From Candidatus Bathyarchaeota archaeon (GTDB taxonomy: Archaea > Thermoproteota > Bathyarchaeia > Bathyarchaeales > Bathycorpusculaceae), in assembly GCA_963811105.1 (NCBI GenBank), contig CAWEPZ010000002.1, positions 64,001-128,000 of the forward strand: DNA of 64,000 bases, in the 5' to 3' direction. The number at the start of each line of letters is the position of its first letter. Within the stretch, counting starts at the first letter, position 1. Position numbers and translations under genes: made by a program. Of the stretch, positions 20,832 to 30,360 are shown in pieces. The notes beneath the pieces are model-generated. The model did not search any database, was not told the DNA's origin, and worked only from the letters and a program-made list of their open reading frames with translations.

Positions 20832-22370
20832 TTGGGCAAGAATCAAATAAGGGTTCATTACAGTGGGTTTATCATTTTTTCGTCACAGTTGATCAGTGTA
20901 GCAACCGGACTCATCTTTACTCTTTTGCTTACCCGAAATATGAATACCGCCCAATTTGGCATTTGGACAAACATCTTTGATTACACAGGTTACTTTATCC
21001 TCTTTAGCAACATTTTGCCCTTCTGGGCAACTCGCTTTATGGCACGCGAGAAAGAAGGAACGGTCAAAACCAGTACTTTGGGGCAACTTTTCATAGCTAT
21101 TGTTTCAACCATAATTTATCTTCCTGCGATATTTCTGATCTCTCAGGCAATCGGTACCCAAACTTACCTGTTGGTCTACCTAGTTTCAGGATTATACATC
21201 TTTAACTTTTTCATGGTTGCTGTCTTTGAAGGCGTTTTGCGCTCTATTAGACCACAGGTAATTGGATATGGCTTGCTCATTGAAGAAGTTGTGAAGGTCG
21301 CCGTTGCTTTACTGGTCATAGTAGGGTTAGGTCAGTTATTCCTCGGTGCAATATTAGCCTTAGTTGTTTCCGGCTTAGTTCAAGTATTGTATTATACCAT
21401 GAATTTAGCTGGCGAATTTAAGCAAAATGTTAACTGGGGCTACCTTAAAGAATGGCTTAAGGGTTCAGCGGCGATTGCATACAGCGCTATTGGCAGCCAA
21501 TTAATGTCATTTGTGTTTATATTGCTCTTCGTTTACGGTGGGTCAGACACCCGAGCCTTTTACCAAGCAGCATTCACATTTACCAACGTAATCGCCTTTT
21601 CTGGTTCTTTGGCTTTTGCCTTGTACCCTAAGCTTTTAGCTAAAACCTGTCCAGAAGAACAGATAGGCGTTTCTTTTAGAACAGTGATGATGTTGGCAAT
21701 TCCATTATCTTCAATAGTGGTGGCTATGTCTACCTCCTTCTTAACGATGCTAAGCGTATCTTACACTGCTGTCTGGCCCGCTGTTATCGCATTAACGCTT
21801 GACACATTTGTGGTTTTGATATCAACCTTTTATTCTTCATGCTTAATGGGTGCAGAAACGTTTGATGAGGAGGGCAAAGTTTCTCTTCGAAAACTAGTCA
21901 GAAGCAAAATCTTTCTCGTATTCAGCCTTCCTTACATTCAGGCGGCGATTGCTGTGCCCGTAACGTATTTGGTTCTAACTCAGCTGACGGTAGCTGGGTC
22001 AACACAAGCAGTAGTATATGTTATTGCTGTGCTCATTAGCGTTCATCTTGCAACCTTAGTTGGATTATATTGGTTCATGCGCAGTTCTGTCAGACTGCCT
22101 GTCGATTGGAAAAGCATATCCAAATATGTTCTTGCCTCAATCCTTATGGGCCTTGCACTTTTCCTGCTTCCTTTTACTTCAACGTTGATTCTAACAGTAT
22201 CTAAAGCAATTGCCGGTTTTGGACTCTATTTTGGTTTACTCTTGGCAATTGATGCCCAAGCAAGAGATCTCCTTCGATTGATCTTGGAAGAAATCAAGGG
22301 CACAATTAGAGATCTATTTAATAGCGTCAATAATTCAGATCAGAACACTTCCGACGCAAGTGAAAATTAA
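20832..22370 (+). CDS. MOP-superfamily polysaccharide/lipid flippase-like membrane protein
   Basis: 512 aa with about 14 TM segments; N-terminal LLTR.....FG.W pattern. Confidence 0.7.
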   Translation: MGKNQIRVHYSGFIIFSSQLISVATGLIFTLLLTRNMNTAQFGIWTNIFDYTGYFILFSNILPFWATRFMAREKEGTVKTSTLGQLFIAIVSTIIYLPAIFLISQAIGTQTYLLVYLVSGLYIFNFFMVAVFEGVLRSIRPQVIGYGLLIEEVVKVAVALLVIVGLGQLFLGAILALVVSGLVQVLYYTMNLAGEFKQNVNWGYLKEWLKGSAAIAYSAIGSQLMSFVFILLFVYGGSDTRAFYQAAFTFTNVIAFSGSLAFALYPKLLAKTCPEEQIGVSFRTVMMLAIPLSSIVVAMSTSFLTMLSVSYTAVWPAVIALTLDTFVVLISTFYSSCLMGAETFDEEGKVSLRKLVRSKIFLVFSLPYIQAAIAVPVTYLVLTQLTVAGSTQAVVYVIAVLISVHLATLVGLYWFMRSSVRLPVDWKSISKYVLASILMGLALFLLPFTSTLILTVSKAIAGFGLYFGLLLAIDAQARDLLRLILEEIKGTIRDLFNSVNNSDQNTSDASEN

Positions 22371-22435
22371 TATGGTTAAAGAGAGCAATTTAGTTTAGGC
22401 GATTTTTCATTCGCTCAGTAAGGTTGATCTAATAA

Positions 22436-23050
22436 GTGAAAGATGAATGTGGAATCTGCGGTCGAGTTCTGCGGGTTTCTTACATGCGTACTTGTCAACG
22501 CTGCAAAAAATTGTACTGTCGAGATTGCATGGTGCCTGACCTCGCAACTGGTGACAATAATATAATGTTGTGTCTCCATTGTGCAAGGCGGGTGGTTGCA
22601 CCAATTTCAAAAGGCAAATATGATGGGCTTGAGCGTCACCTAAAATTCAGAGCTGCCTTCACTGGAATAGTTAAGCTTTCTTTCGCAAGAATTGACGGCT
22701 TAATCGGCAGTAGTCTTCCAATGAGCGCCTTCAAAGATGTAGCTTGGTGGAGTAACTCTTCATCTAGCGCTCATGCTAAAGCCTGGTTGAATGCAGGGTG
22801 GGAAGTTCAAGAGCTTAACCTTAAAGAAGGCTTTGTTGTCTTTAAGAAAGTGCGTGATGTCGCAATCAAAAAAGGTCCTCGACGTAAACTTGAGATAAAC
22901 AAACCCTTCACGCCTGTGCCTGTTCATTTACCACGATCGCGAGTGCCGTCTAAAACCAAGGTATCCAAACTTTATGCTAGAATAAAAAATTTGGAGAAGC
23001 AGCGAGCCACCCCTCAGCGGTTTAGGGGTTTAAAGTCTAGGCGACGGTAA
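22436..23050 (+). CDS. Zinc-finger plus DUF7662-like domain protein
   Basis: Four CxxC pairs, then KY..L...L, LSF..I...IG..LP.SA....WWSN...AW..AGW. Confidence 0.65.
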   Translation: MKDECGICGRVLRVSYMRTCQRCKKLYCRDCMVPDLATGDNNIMLCLHCARRVVAPISKGKYDGLERHLKFRAAFTGIVKLSFARIDGLIGSSLPMSAFKDVAWWSNSSSSAHAKAWLNAGWEVQELNLKEGFVVFKKVRDVAIKKGPRRKLEINKPFTPVPVHLPRSRVPSKTKVSKLYARIKNLEKQRATPQRFRGLKSRRR

Positions 23051-23081
23051 GAAGCTTTTTAGGTTCAAATTACAAATTACA

Positions 23082-23645
23082 GTGGCAATTAACGCTAATC
23101 CGAATGGGTTATTGATGTTTGAGCGTACTGTCAGCTTAGAAATCGATGAAGCATACCAAGACTTGAAAACTACTTTGGTCAAAAAAGGTTGCAAGATAAT
23201 CTCTGAATATCCACCAATGAGAATAATTGTTAAACAAGGGTCATTGTGGGGGATGACTCCTAAAACGGCTAAGAGAAATGTGGATTTTAGTTTGAAATAT
23301 ACTGATTCAGAAACAAAAGTGATGACTTCATCTCGTCTAAGCTCAGACTGGAAAAACATCACATTAATTGGTTGTGCCTTCGCTGCCGTGTTAATTGGAG
23401 TCTGCCTTTGGATAGCGTTTGATTTGAGCTCATTTATGATTATTCAAAAACCCAGTTTTTGGAGTTGGCTTATAACTTTTAACGGCAGCGTGGATTTGCA
23501 AATTGGACAATTTTTTGTTAATATGACAAAAGGCTTTGCGGTTTTTCTTTCGGTAATTATTCTTTTGGAAATTGTCGTCATCGTTTACGTGCATGCAGGA
23601 ATAGACCGGTTTGCTAAAGAAGTCCTTAATTCGCTGTCAAATTGA
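23082..23645 (+). CDS. Hypothetical membrane protein
   Basis: Soluble N-terminal domain and two C-terminal TM helices. Confidence 0.6.
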   Translation: MAINANPNGLLMFERTVSLEIDEAYQDLKTTLVKKGCKIISEYPPMRIIVKQGSLWGMTPKTAKRNVDFSLKYTDSETKVMTSSRLSSDWKNITLIGCAFAAVLIGVCLWIAFDLSSFMIIQKPSFWSWLITFNGSVDLQIGQFFVNMTKGFAVFLSVIILLEIVVIVYVHAGIDRFAKEVLNSLSN

Positions 23646-23653
23646 GGACTTTG

Positions 23654-24790
23654 TTAAGCGATGTTTTTTCCGCATTTTTCGCAATAAGAAGCATAGGATT
23701 TGTTGCTTGAGCCGCAATAAATGCAGAATTTGTTAGAGTCAGAACTAGAATCTGCCGTTTCGATGACGCTTGGATCTGAAGAAATCGCTTGGGTGACGAT
23801 TGGTTGTTCCTTGGGGCTTTTTGCTGATTTGACTGCTACTATGATGCAGATTGCTACTGCAGCTACAATTATTATAAAGAGTATGGGGGCTTCTGAAATT
23901 AGATTGAGTGACATTGGTAGGGCTGGTTGAACGGTTGGTCCTGTAACGTTTGGTGAAGTGGTCGGGTTCGGTTCAAACGTTGGAATTGATGATGGTTCAG
24001 GCGTAGTTGCAGTGATGGTCGGATTGGGGTCAATAGATGTTATTCCTTGAAGGGGTGGAACATATTGTTGATTCTCGTCTACTGAATATACATTAGCGGT
24101 TTGACCGCTGAACTGGTCTGGAAGTTGACCAATTGTGTAGCCGGATGCTGTAGTTTCACAGTAATAATAAGTTTGACTATTGTAGGTCCAGTAGGTGCCT
24201 TTAAGATTATTTCCTAGTATACCTACCGCTAAATGATCTGGTGGATTAATGTAAACTGTGCCGTAATCCAATATTAGCGTTAATGTCGCAAAAAGTGTTG
24301 AATGGGATTTGCAGTCACCAACTTGATCAACTAAAGTTTCAATAGGGAATCTTGGGTATGATTGGTAACCTGTGCTCACATTGTCTGTTTGGTAAGGTAT
24401 ACTTTGCACGAAGGCCAAAACAAAGTTCACTTGGTCGTATGAGCTGTATCCCAGCTGTGTTGAGGTTTCATTTAGTTTCTCTGCTAAACTTCGAAGGTAG
24501 GAATCTTGAGTTGAAGTGAAGTAGCCAAAGTTGTCAGCTCCAAACTGGGTTCGCACTGAATCTGGAACAGCTTTGTACGCGGCATACGATGCTGCTGGAA
24601 CGCTAAGGTTCCATGTCCAATGATGACCTTGGTAGTCCCATGCAAACAATCGGTCATAATATTGGGTTTCGTTGCGGCTTTGGGCGGTGACGGTTTGGAA
24701 GGGACTAATTATTGGCAAGGAGACAATACATGCTAATGTAAATATGATTAATAGTTTAATTGGTTTTGAGTTTAGGCGTGTTTTGCCCAT
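23654..24790 (-). CDS. Secreted transglutaminase-like protein with Pro/Thr linker, TM anchor and C-terminal zinc ribbon
   Basis: Signal peptide, FVQSIPY, P.ETL....GDC, HLAVG, YYCETT; TM then CIYCG...CEKCG. Confidence 0.75.
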   Translation of the reverse strand: MGKTRLNSKPIKLLIIFTLACIVSLPIISPFQTVTAQSRNETQYYDRLFAWDYQGHHWTWNLSVPAASYAAYKAVPDSVRTQFGADNFGYFTSTQDSYLRSLAEKLNETSTQLGYSSYDQVNFVLAFVQSIPYQTDNVSTGYQSYPRFPIETLVDQVGDCKSHSTLFATLTLILDYGTVYINPPDHLAVGILGNNLKGTYWTYNSQTYYYCETTASGYTIGQLPDQFSGQTANVYSVDENQQYVPPLQGITSIDPNPTITATTPEPSSIPTFEPNPTTSPNVTGPTVQPALPMSLNLISEAPILFIIIVAAVAICIIVAVKSAKSPKEQPIVTQAISSDPSVIETADSSSDSNKFCIYCGSSNKSYASYCEKCGKNIA

Positions 24791-24859
24791 TTAAACATCT
24801 TCGATCGATAAGATGTATCATTCAATCGTTTAAAACTTCTCCCAAATTGCTTCTAATAG

Positions 24860-25237
24860 TTAACTGTTAAACGAGTGTAACAAGTGGTTAGACTGTAGAA
24901 CAGCCACTATCAAAAGACAAACAAGCACCAATATTGACGAATAAGAAACTGACTGAAAAAGCATTGAGAACGAAACTGAAGCAGGAACCACAAGCAACAA
25001 AAAATAAACAAAAACAATCGCTCCAAGCCTATTTCCAACACTTTCTTTTTTAACAAATCCCCTTCCGAAGAATGAACCTGCAAGTCTTCCAAATCCGATC
25101 GTGCCTGAAATGCATATGACCCAGCTGATGCAACATAGTCTACGCAAAATAATGTGGATTAATAACGTTTCAAAAAATAGGTATAGCCAACCATAAGTTT
25201 GGTTGAAAAAGAATACGCCCAAGAAAGCGAGAAACAC
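24860..25237 (-). CDS. Hypothetical membrane protein, possibly 5'-decayed
   Basis: Hydrophobic ORF; an upstream in-frame ATG is separated from it by two stops. Confidence 0.35.
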   Translation of the reverse strand: MFLAFLGVFFFNQTYGWLYLFFETLLIHIILRRLCCISWVICISGTIGFGRLAGSFFGRGFVKKESVGNRLGAIVFVYFLLLVVPASVSFSMLFQSVSYSSILVLVCLLIVAVLQSNHLLHSFNS

Positions 25238-25325
25238 GCATGAAAGAAGCCCAAGATTTTCCCAAATAATCAGGCGACGGGTGATTCGAGTTTTTCTTCA
25301 GTTAAGAGTTTAGCTCATGTTTCTG

Positions 25326-25655
25326 TTACTTTTGCTTGATTATGCCGTAGCTTTGCTTCTTCCACGCATCTCTAAACTTGTTGTAATAATCAATCGGTTG
25401 AAAAACAGGTGCATAAGTTAACTCCCACTCAAGGCCACATTTGCATACAGCGTACACTTGTTTTTTGTATATATTCGCTAAAATCTGAAGAAGTTCCTTG
25501 TGGCATTTCGGGCAATAATAGGGGCCATTAACCATTTGCTTGGCATCTTTAGTTAGAATTTTCATACGACTATTAGGAACTTTTTTGTTAGGTACCTTCC
25601 CAGTTTCCTTTCCTAAACCCATCTTTTTCGACCTAATCAAAATATACCCATGCAC
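25326..25655 (-). CDS. Elf1-like zinc-ribbon protein
   Basis: Basic N-terminus, YCPKC..VCKCG, PIDYYNKF.D resembling Elf1 PVD.Y..F.D; start probably near 25622. Confidence 0.6.
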   Translation of the reverse strand: MHGYILIRSKKMGLGKETGKVPNKKVPNSRMKILTKDAKQMVNGPYYCPKCHKELLQILANIYKKQVYAVCKCGLEWELTYAPVFQPIDYYNKFRDAWKKQSYGIIKQK

Positions 25656-25854
25656 AGACTAAGATATACCATTCCATCTAAAAAACAGAATTTTTTTGGT
25701 TTTGGCTTTGTTTACTTTTTTTTGCAAATTCTTGAACTAGCTATTTTGGTGGCTTTTCTAATTATTGGGTTTGTGGTGTTTGCAGATTGCGTCTAGAATT
25801 ATCGCAAATTATCGTGAAACAAATTTTTGACCTGTTTTGAATGGCATAATAATT

Positions 25855-26277
25855 CTATCTTAATTTAGTGCAAATTTTGTTTGTTCGATTTGAATTGTTG
25901 AATTGCATATTTAATACATGTACACTTTGAGCAATTTTATTCTTGCATTTCTCACAATGCTCTGCATCTTCATCAATTATTGCTTCACAATATGGACAAG
26001 TGGTTTTACTAGGAAGGCTTAGTTGTTTGATTGGAATAAATGCCGGGGTATTCTTCCGCAAAAACATTGAACCAAAAGCTATGAAGCCAATTCCAAAGAA
26101 GATATCTCCAAAATTGGAGCTAATAGAATAATGTATCAATGACAGCAGCCCCACAATTATTAGAATAATGCCTATAATTGCTCCAGCCAAGTAAACAATC
26201 CTCATATTATCTAATAGGTCACCCAAGTTATTCCCACCACAATAATACTTCAAATTAAAGTTAAATCTTTGAAACAT
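25855..26277 (-). CDS. Membrane protein with zinc ribbon
   Basis: Two TM helices then CPYC...CEKC; true start uncertain. Confidence 0.55.
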   Translation of the reverse strand: MFQRFNFNLKYYCGGNNLGDLLDNMRIVYLAGAIIGIILIIVGLLSLIHYSISSNFGDIFFGIGFIAFGSMFLRKNTPAFIPIKQLSLPSKTTCPYCEAIIDEDAEHCEKCKNKIAQSVHVLNMQFNNSNRTNKICTKLR

Positions 26278-26494
26278 CTAAAGAACTTCTTTTATCGATG
26301 GCAAGGGCAAGTTCTCTTATCACCAGCAAATTAAAGAATGGCTCAAAGTCAGCTAAAAGTCAAAGATTCTACTAATAACCAATTGAACACTAATGCTAGT
26401 AAGATTAATCAGCTGAATGTTCAAAACCTTCCTGAGGATGAGTGCAATAAACTTAAATCAAGCATAGATAATGGAAATACAAGCAATATCGTAT

Positions 26495-26573
26495 GCGGTC
26501 GTCGTCTAGTCTGGTTTAGGACATTAGCCTTCCAAGCTAATGATCCCGGGTTCAAATCCCGGCGACCGCACCA
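26495..26573 (+). tRNA. tRNA-Gly (TCC), intron-less, CCA encoded
   Basis: Acceptor stem GCGGTCG/CGACCGC, anticodon arm TTAGC-CTTCCAA-GCTAA, T arm CCGGG-TTCAAAT-CCCGG; TATA-like CTTAAAT upstream. Confidence 0.96.
26526..26546 (+). repeat. attL core, within tRNA-Gly
   Basis: Identical to 31405-31425. Confidence 0.88.
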
Positions 26574-26621
26574 TTTCTACCTTCTGTTCTAAAAATACAA
26601 CCCGATTTAAGCTCTGTTTGG

Positions 26622-26661
26622 GGTTACTAAATTCTGTAACTGGTTACAATTTTCCGTAACC
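26622..26661. promoter_or_regulatory. Two tandem 20-bp palindromic sites GGTTAC-N8-GTAACY
   Basis: GGTTACtaaattctGTAACT followed immediately by GGTTACaattttccGTAACC. Confidence 0.55.
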
Positions 26662-26926
26662 ATAATTCCAGCGTTCTAAAGCAGCCTCAATTCTTCCCGT
26701 AGCTCCTCAATTTTTACTCGTATCCGATGTTTTAAGCGTCTTAGTGTAATTCGCGTTGAAGCTTTGAGGGACCCGAGTTAAAAACAGCCTGTGTGAACTA
26801 TGCAGATGCGCGTGTCCGATTGCTGCGGAAGCAGAGTTCAATTCGTTGTGAAATAAGAAAAAGTATGGTGCAAAGGCCTTCAAAATTCGCCATTGCTACC
26901 AATTGCATGCGCTTGCAGACTCTTGC

Positions 26927-27283
26927 CTAAATCAGCAGAGGTATGCTTTTTGGCGTCGTTCCGTCGAGAGCAAGGTGACTTCCATATGCAACGCCGAGTG
27001 ATAGCAGCCAAGCTTTTTGATTTTCCGTGAGTTGTTTGTCCTGCAATATTCTGTTGCCGCCATAGGAAATCAAACCCAACGTTGCACCGCTGTGGAACAA
27101 GCTCCTATGATTAGGATTAGTGGCAGGCTCAAGCATATCGGGAACCAACGCAACCGCCGCTCCGCTTATTCCTACCGCAAGCACTTCCCAGAAGTTTATC
27201 GGCTGGTCTTTCGACAATTTGTAAAGCAAGTAGAAAGCACTTGCTAATACGCCTCCCGAAATTGCGTGACCTTTTGCATCCAT
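26927..27283 (-). CDS. Membrane metal-dependent hydrolase (YdjM-like)
   Basis: N-terminal H, PD..EP...HRSLFHS, Y.SHL.LD..T. Confidence 0.8.
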   Translation of the reverse strand: MDAKGHAISGGVLASAFYLLYKLSKDQPINFWEVLAVGISGAAVALVPDMLEPATNPNHRSLFHSGATLGLISYGGNRILQDKQLTENQKAWLLSLGVAYGSHLALDGTTPKSIPLLI

Positions 27284-27297
27284 TCTTTTTCACCTCC

Positions 27298-27537
27298 TCA
27301 ACTATCGTCGCCTAAGATTTTCGCGATTGCAGCGATGCCAAGTAAGAGTAACAGGAAGCCTGCTAAGTTTCCAAGCGCGGTGTCGTTGTTTTGTTTTCCC
27401 GCTTTCAAATCTGCTAAGAATCCACCAACTATCTTGTCAACCATTTCGCTTCTACTTGATGCTGCGCCGCGGCTCACGAGTTCGTCAATAGCTTTGAGGT
27501 GTTCTTGGCGTAATGTAACCAGGACTTTTTCAGACAT
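27298..27537 (-). CDS. Ribbon-helix-helix (CopG-like) regulator with C-terminal hydrophobic helix
   Basis: V.V.L....L..IDELV.RG...SRSE RHH signature followed by FLLLLLGIAAIAKIL. Confidence 0.72.
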   Translation of the reverse strand: MSEKVLVTLRQEHLKAIDELVSRGAASSRSEMVDKIVGGFLADLKAGKQNNDTALGNLAGFLLLLLGIAAIAKILGDDS

Positions 27538-27540
27538 TGT

Positions 27541-27595
27541 TATCTATCCTATATCTATTAGATATAATTAGATATTGTTAGCGTTTCAATAGATA
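27541..27595. promoter_or_regulatory. Divergent promoter region with repeated TATCTA/TAGATA boxes
   Basis: Five copies, including the palindrome ATATCTA-T-TAGATAT, directly upstream of the RHH gene. Confidence 0.5.
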
Positions 27596-27673
27596 AGTGT
27601 TATTGACACGAATAAGTAAAGGAAGAAGACGATTACGTGCAGAAAAACAAATGTTAAATCTTAAAAAGTCTGA

Positions 27674-28678
27674 TTGAGATACATGCACAATCACGATAAT
27701 TCACAAGGCTTGAAAAGATGGCAAATCGTTCAGAAAGCTGCACGAGAACTCGGAAAAGATATCTTCTCAGCAAGTGATATTGTCAAAAAAATTCATGAGA
27801 ATATGCCCGATGTGCCAACAGGGACCATTACAGCTTATGTAATCTCTATGGCTCCGAAGCATCCATCATACGATGAGTATCCAACGCATCATGACTATTT
27901 CGAGTTTCTCGGTAGCGGGAAATATAGGCTGCTAAGTAAAGATTGTTTGCCGCCGACTTCGATGCCGCCTGTTGCCTTTGGTAAAACAGGCGTGTCTTTA
28001 GCAGATGATAACATTAAAAACGATTTTCTGAAAAAATACCGAGATTTAATCGTGTCTTGGGCGAAGGAGCACAAAGATGAGCTTATAGCGGGCAGACGAG
28101 ATTATCGCTGGACGAACAATACCTTAGCAGAATCCTTGGAAAAGCGAAACAATTTGACAAGGTTAATTGTTCAATCAAGAATAAAAAACGATGGCGCGGT
28201 GGACTTGGCAACCCTTGACAAGATTATGGAATGGGGCTTTCCAAAAAATCCTCAATTTACGCCGCGAGACTCAAACGAGTGCTTGAAAAAAACCCGTCAA
28301 GCCTTCAATTTGCTGGATGAAGGAAAACCAGCCGAAGCCATCTGCAAACTCATGTCATTTCCCTTGATAATATCGAGGGCGTCCAAAATAATTGGGCTTT
28401 CAGACCCGAACTATTTCGCAATCTATGATAGCCGAGTCGGGCTTGCCCTTGCTACCCTGCAAGATGGCGGAGAGAGGGTAATCAAAATTCCGGGAAGAAG
28501 ACCACAACCAGGACGGTTTTTCTTGTCGGATGAAGGCAAATGTACTTCTAAGGATTGGGGCGCGAACTATGAGAAACTCGTGTGGGTTTTGGAAGTAATT
28601 GCGAATGTACTTAACGAAGAGGGCTATCCGTTCAACCTTGCAGACGTGGAAATGGCGTTATTCATGGTGGGAAAATAG
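27674..28678 (+). CDS. wHTH (DUF7669-like) fused to an HhH/OGG-glycosylase-like domain
   Basis: N-terminal F...DIV...H...P...TI....F...G.GKYRL; C-terminal KIMEWG, ISRASK..., AIYDSRV, DVEMALF. Confidence 0.6.
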   Translation: MRYMHNHDNSQGLKRWQIVQKAARELGKDIFSASDIVKKIHENMPDVPTGTITAYVISMAPKHPSYDEYPTHHDYFEFLGSGKYRLLSKDCLPPTSMPPVAFGKTGVSLADDNIKNDFLKKYRDLIVSWAKEHKDELIAGRRDYRWTNNTLAESLEKRNNLTRLIVQSRIKNDGAVDLATLDKIMEWGFPKNPQFTPRDSNECLKKTRQAFNLLDEGKPAEAICKLMSFPLIISRASKIIGLSDPNYFAIYDSRVGLALATLQDGGERVIKIPGRRPQPGRFFLSDEGKCTSKDWGANYEKLVWVLEVIANVLNEEGYPFNLADVEMALFMVGK

Positions 28679-28683
28679 AACTA

Positions 28684-29493
28684 ATGAAAGAATATTCAAG
28701 ACAGCATTATGTGCCCCAATTCTACCTTAAGCTGTTTTCGCCAGAAAAGGATGGCGATTATATCTTTTGCTATGACAAGAAAAATGGGAAGACCTTTAGA
28801 ACAAACGCAAGGCAGGTGTGCTATGAAATCGGCTTTAATAGTGATGTGAATAAGCCAGATAAGCTTGTAGAGACGGCTTTTTCATCGCTTGAAGGTAAAT
28901 GTTGCGAGTTATTAATGAAGATTATAAACGCAGAAGACTTGCACGTTTTAGACATAGAAGAATTTGAAAATTTCGTTGAGTTCATGCTGCTGTTTAAGCA
29001 GAGAACCAAGAAACGAAGGGAAATTGTAAGTTTGGCTCGAAATATCTGGCTTGAAAGGAAAAATAGTCAACTTGTAAATAATCAAATTACCGATTGGAAA
29101 GTAGTTTCATCGGCTGACAATCCTGAGCAATCGGACCATCTTTGGTCAATGATTGAAACGTTTGACGATGAGATGCGGCTTATACTCAAAAACGATTGGC
29201 AATTAATCATAAACAAGACTAATGTGCCATTTTTGACATCAGACGACCCATTACTCCAACAGCTTGTTAAAAACGACCCATTATTCAAAGAACCTTACGT
29301 TAAAAACTATTTTGCCTTAACACCAACATTGCTTGTCCATTCCCAACCTTTGGTTGGCAACTATGTGAATTTAACAAGAGCAACCGTAATAGACGAAGAT
29401 TTGGTCCACAATGTTAACCGACTAACATGGAATAACGCTCAAAGGTTCGTAATATCAAAAGAGGACAAATTCCTTGCAACACCCACCTGCTGA
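28684..29493 (+). CDS. DUF4238 domain protein
   Basis: QHYVPQFYLK.F N-terminal motif; PFLTSD.P. Confidence 0.8.
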   Translation: MKEYSRQHYVPQFYLKLFSPEKDGDYIFCYDKKNGKTFRTNARQVCYEIGFNSDVNKPDKLVETAFSSLEGKCCELLMKIINAEDLHVLDIEEFENFVEFMLLFKQRTKKRREIVSLARNIWLERKNSQLVNNQITDWKVVSSADNPEQSDHLWSMIETFDDEMRLILKNDWQLIINKTNVPFLTSDDPLLQQLVKNDPLFKEPYVKNYFALTPTLLVHSQPLVGNYVNLTRATVIDEDLVHNVNRLTWNNAQRFVISKEDKFLATPTC

Positions 29494-29581
29494 GATTGGG
29501 GCTGCAAGGTTTTATAAATTCTGCAAGTTAAAACGCTATCGGGGATAGACAATCAGCGACTTCACTAAAGGAACCAAGGAC

Positions 29582-30346
29582 TTGGTCGAGCAGCTTTATG
29601 GAGCGGAGATTACCAAAAACTTTCCTAATTATGGAGAGTTTTGGATTAAGTTCATAGGCGACCCACAAAAGGACATTCCCGTGCCGTACGGTTTAGATTT
29701 CACAAATGCTCCAACAGGAACGAACATTGCACAGATTAACCAGAGCTACGAGGAGCTTTGTATGGCTCATTACTCACTATTTTGCCATTTAGCAGGAGCA
29801 CATTATCAGCAGGTTGTTTTGGGTGAAGCCATAAAACTCCCTGACTCCAACGAAAAGAAGTTCAAGCATTGGGAAGCTTTTGAAACGAGTTACATCCACC
29901 TTGGCTCCGTTTTTAACCAGATGTATCATGTTTGGGGAATCGTTTTTCTCCTCAGAAATGAGGTACGCAAAGTTATAGACAAGCGGGGCAAGGAACACCT
30001 GGAACCGAAAGTGCATGAAACACTCAAACAATTTCTTGAAAAGAATGGCCAGAAGATGATTAACGACAGAAAAACTAAGATTGACCTTAGCATCACATCT
30101 CTCAGAAACAGTATTGTTCATTTTTCAAGGTCAGCTTCGACTTACCAAAATGGCGAGTTTATGGTCCCCAGACAAAATCAGCAGGTTGTATGGTCAAAAC
30201 AGCCCATGAAGGAAGCATACGAAACATCAGGAAAACTACAAAATGACATCGCAGAAACGGAGAAAATCATTAACGACACTCACGTTTACCTTATTCAGCA
30301 ATATGAAGATTTTCTAACTACAAATAAAATAGCGGTTAACAAGTGA
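29582..30346 (+). CDS. HEPN-like domain protein
   Basis: Helical protein with RxxxxH motif LRNSIVH. Confidence 0.55.
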   Translation: MVEQLYGAEITKNFPNYGEFWIKFIGDPQKDIPVPYGLDFTNAPTGTNIAQINQSYEELCMAHYSLFCHLAGAHYQQVVLGEAIKLPDSNEKKFKHWEAFETSYIHLGSVFNQMYHVWGIVFLLRNEVRKVIDKRGKEHLEPKVHETLKQFLEKNGQKMINDRKTKIDLSITSLRNSIVHFSRSASTYQNGEFMVPRQNQQVVWSKQPMKEAYETSGKLQNDIAETEKIINDTHVYLIQQYEDFLTTNKIAVNK

Positions 30347-30360
30347 AGGAGGCGATGTAG

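Noticed and set aside
26338-26592. 84-aa ORF in the track
   Set aside because: Runs through the tRNA-Gly gene and its promoter; no recognisable domain
30355-30360. ATG-TAG before the zinc-ribbon ORF as pyrrolysine/amber readthrough
   Set aside because: The ATG is only 2 nt from the SD, no pyl genes are in the window, and TAG is used as a normal stop elsewhere
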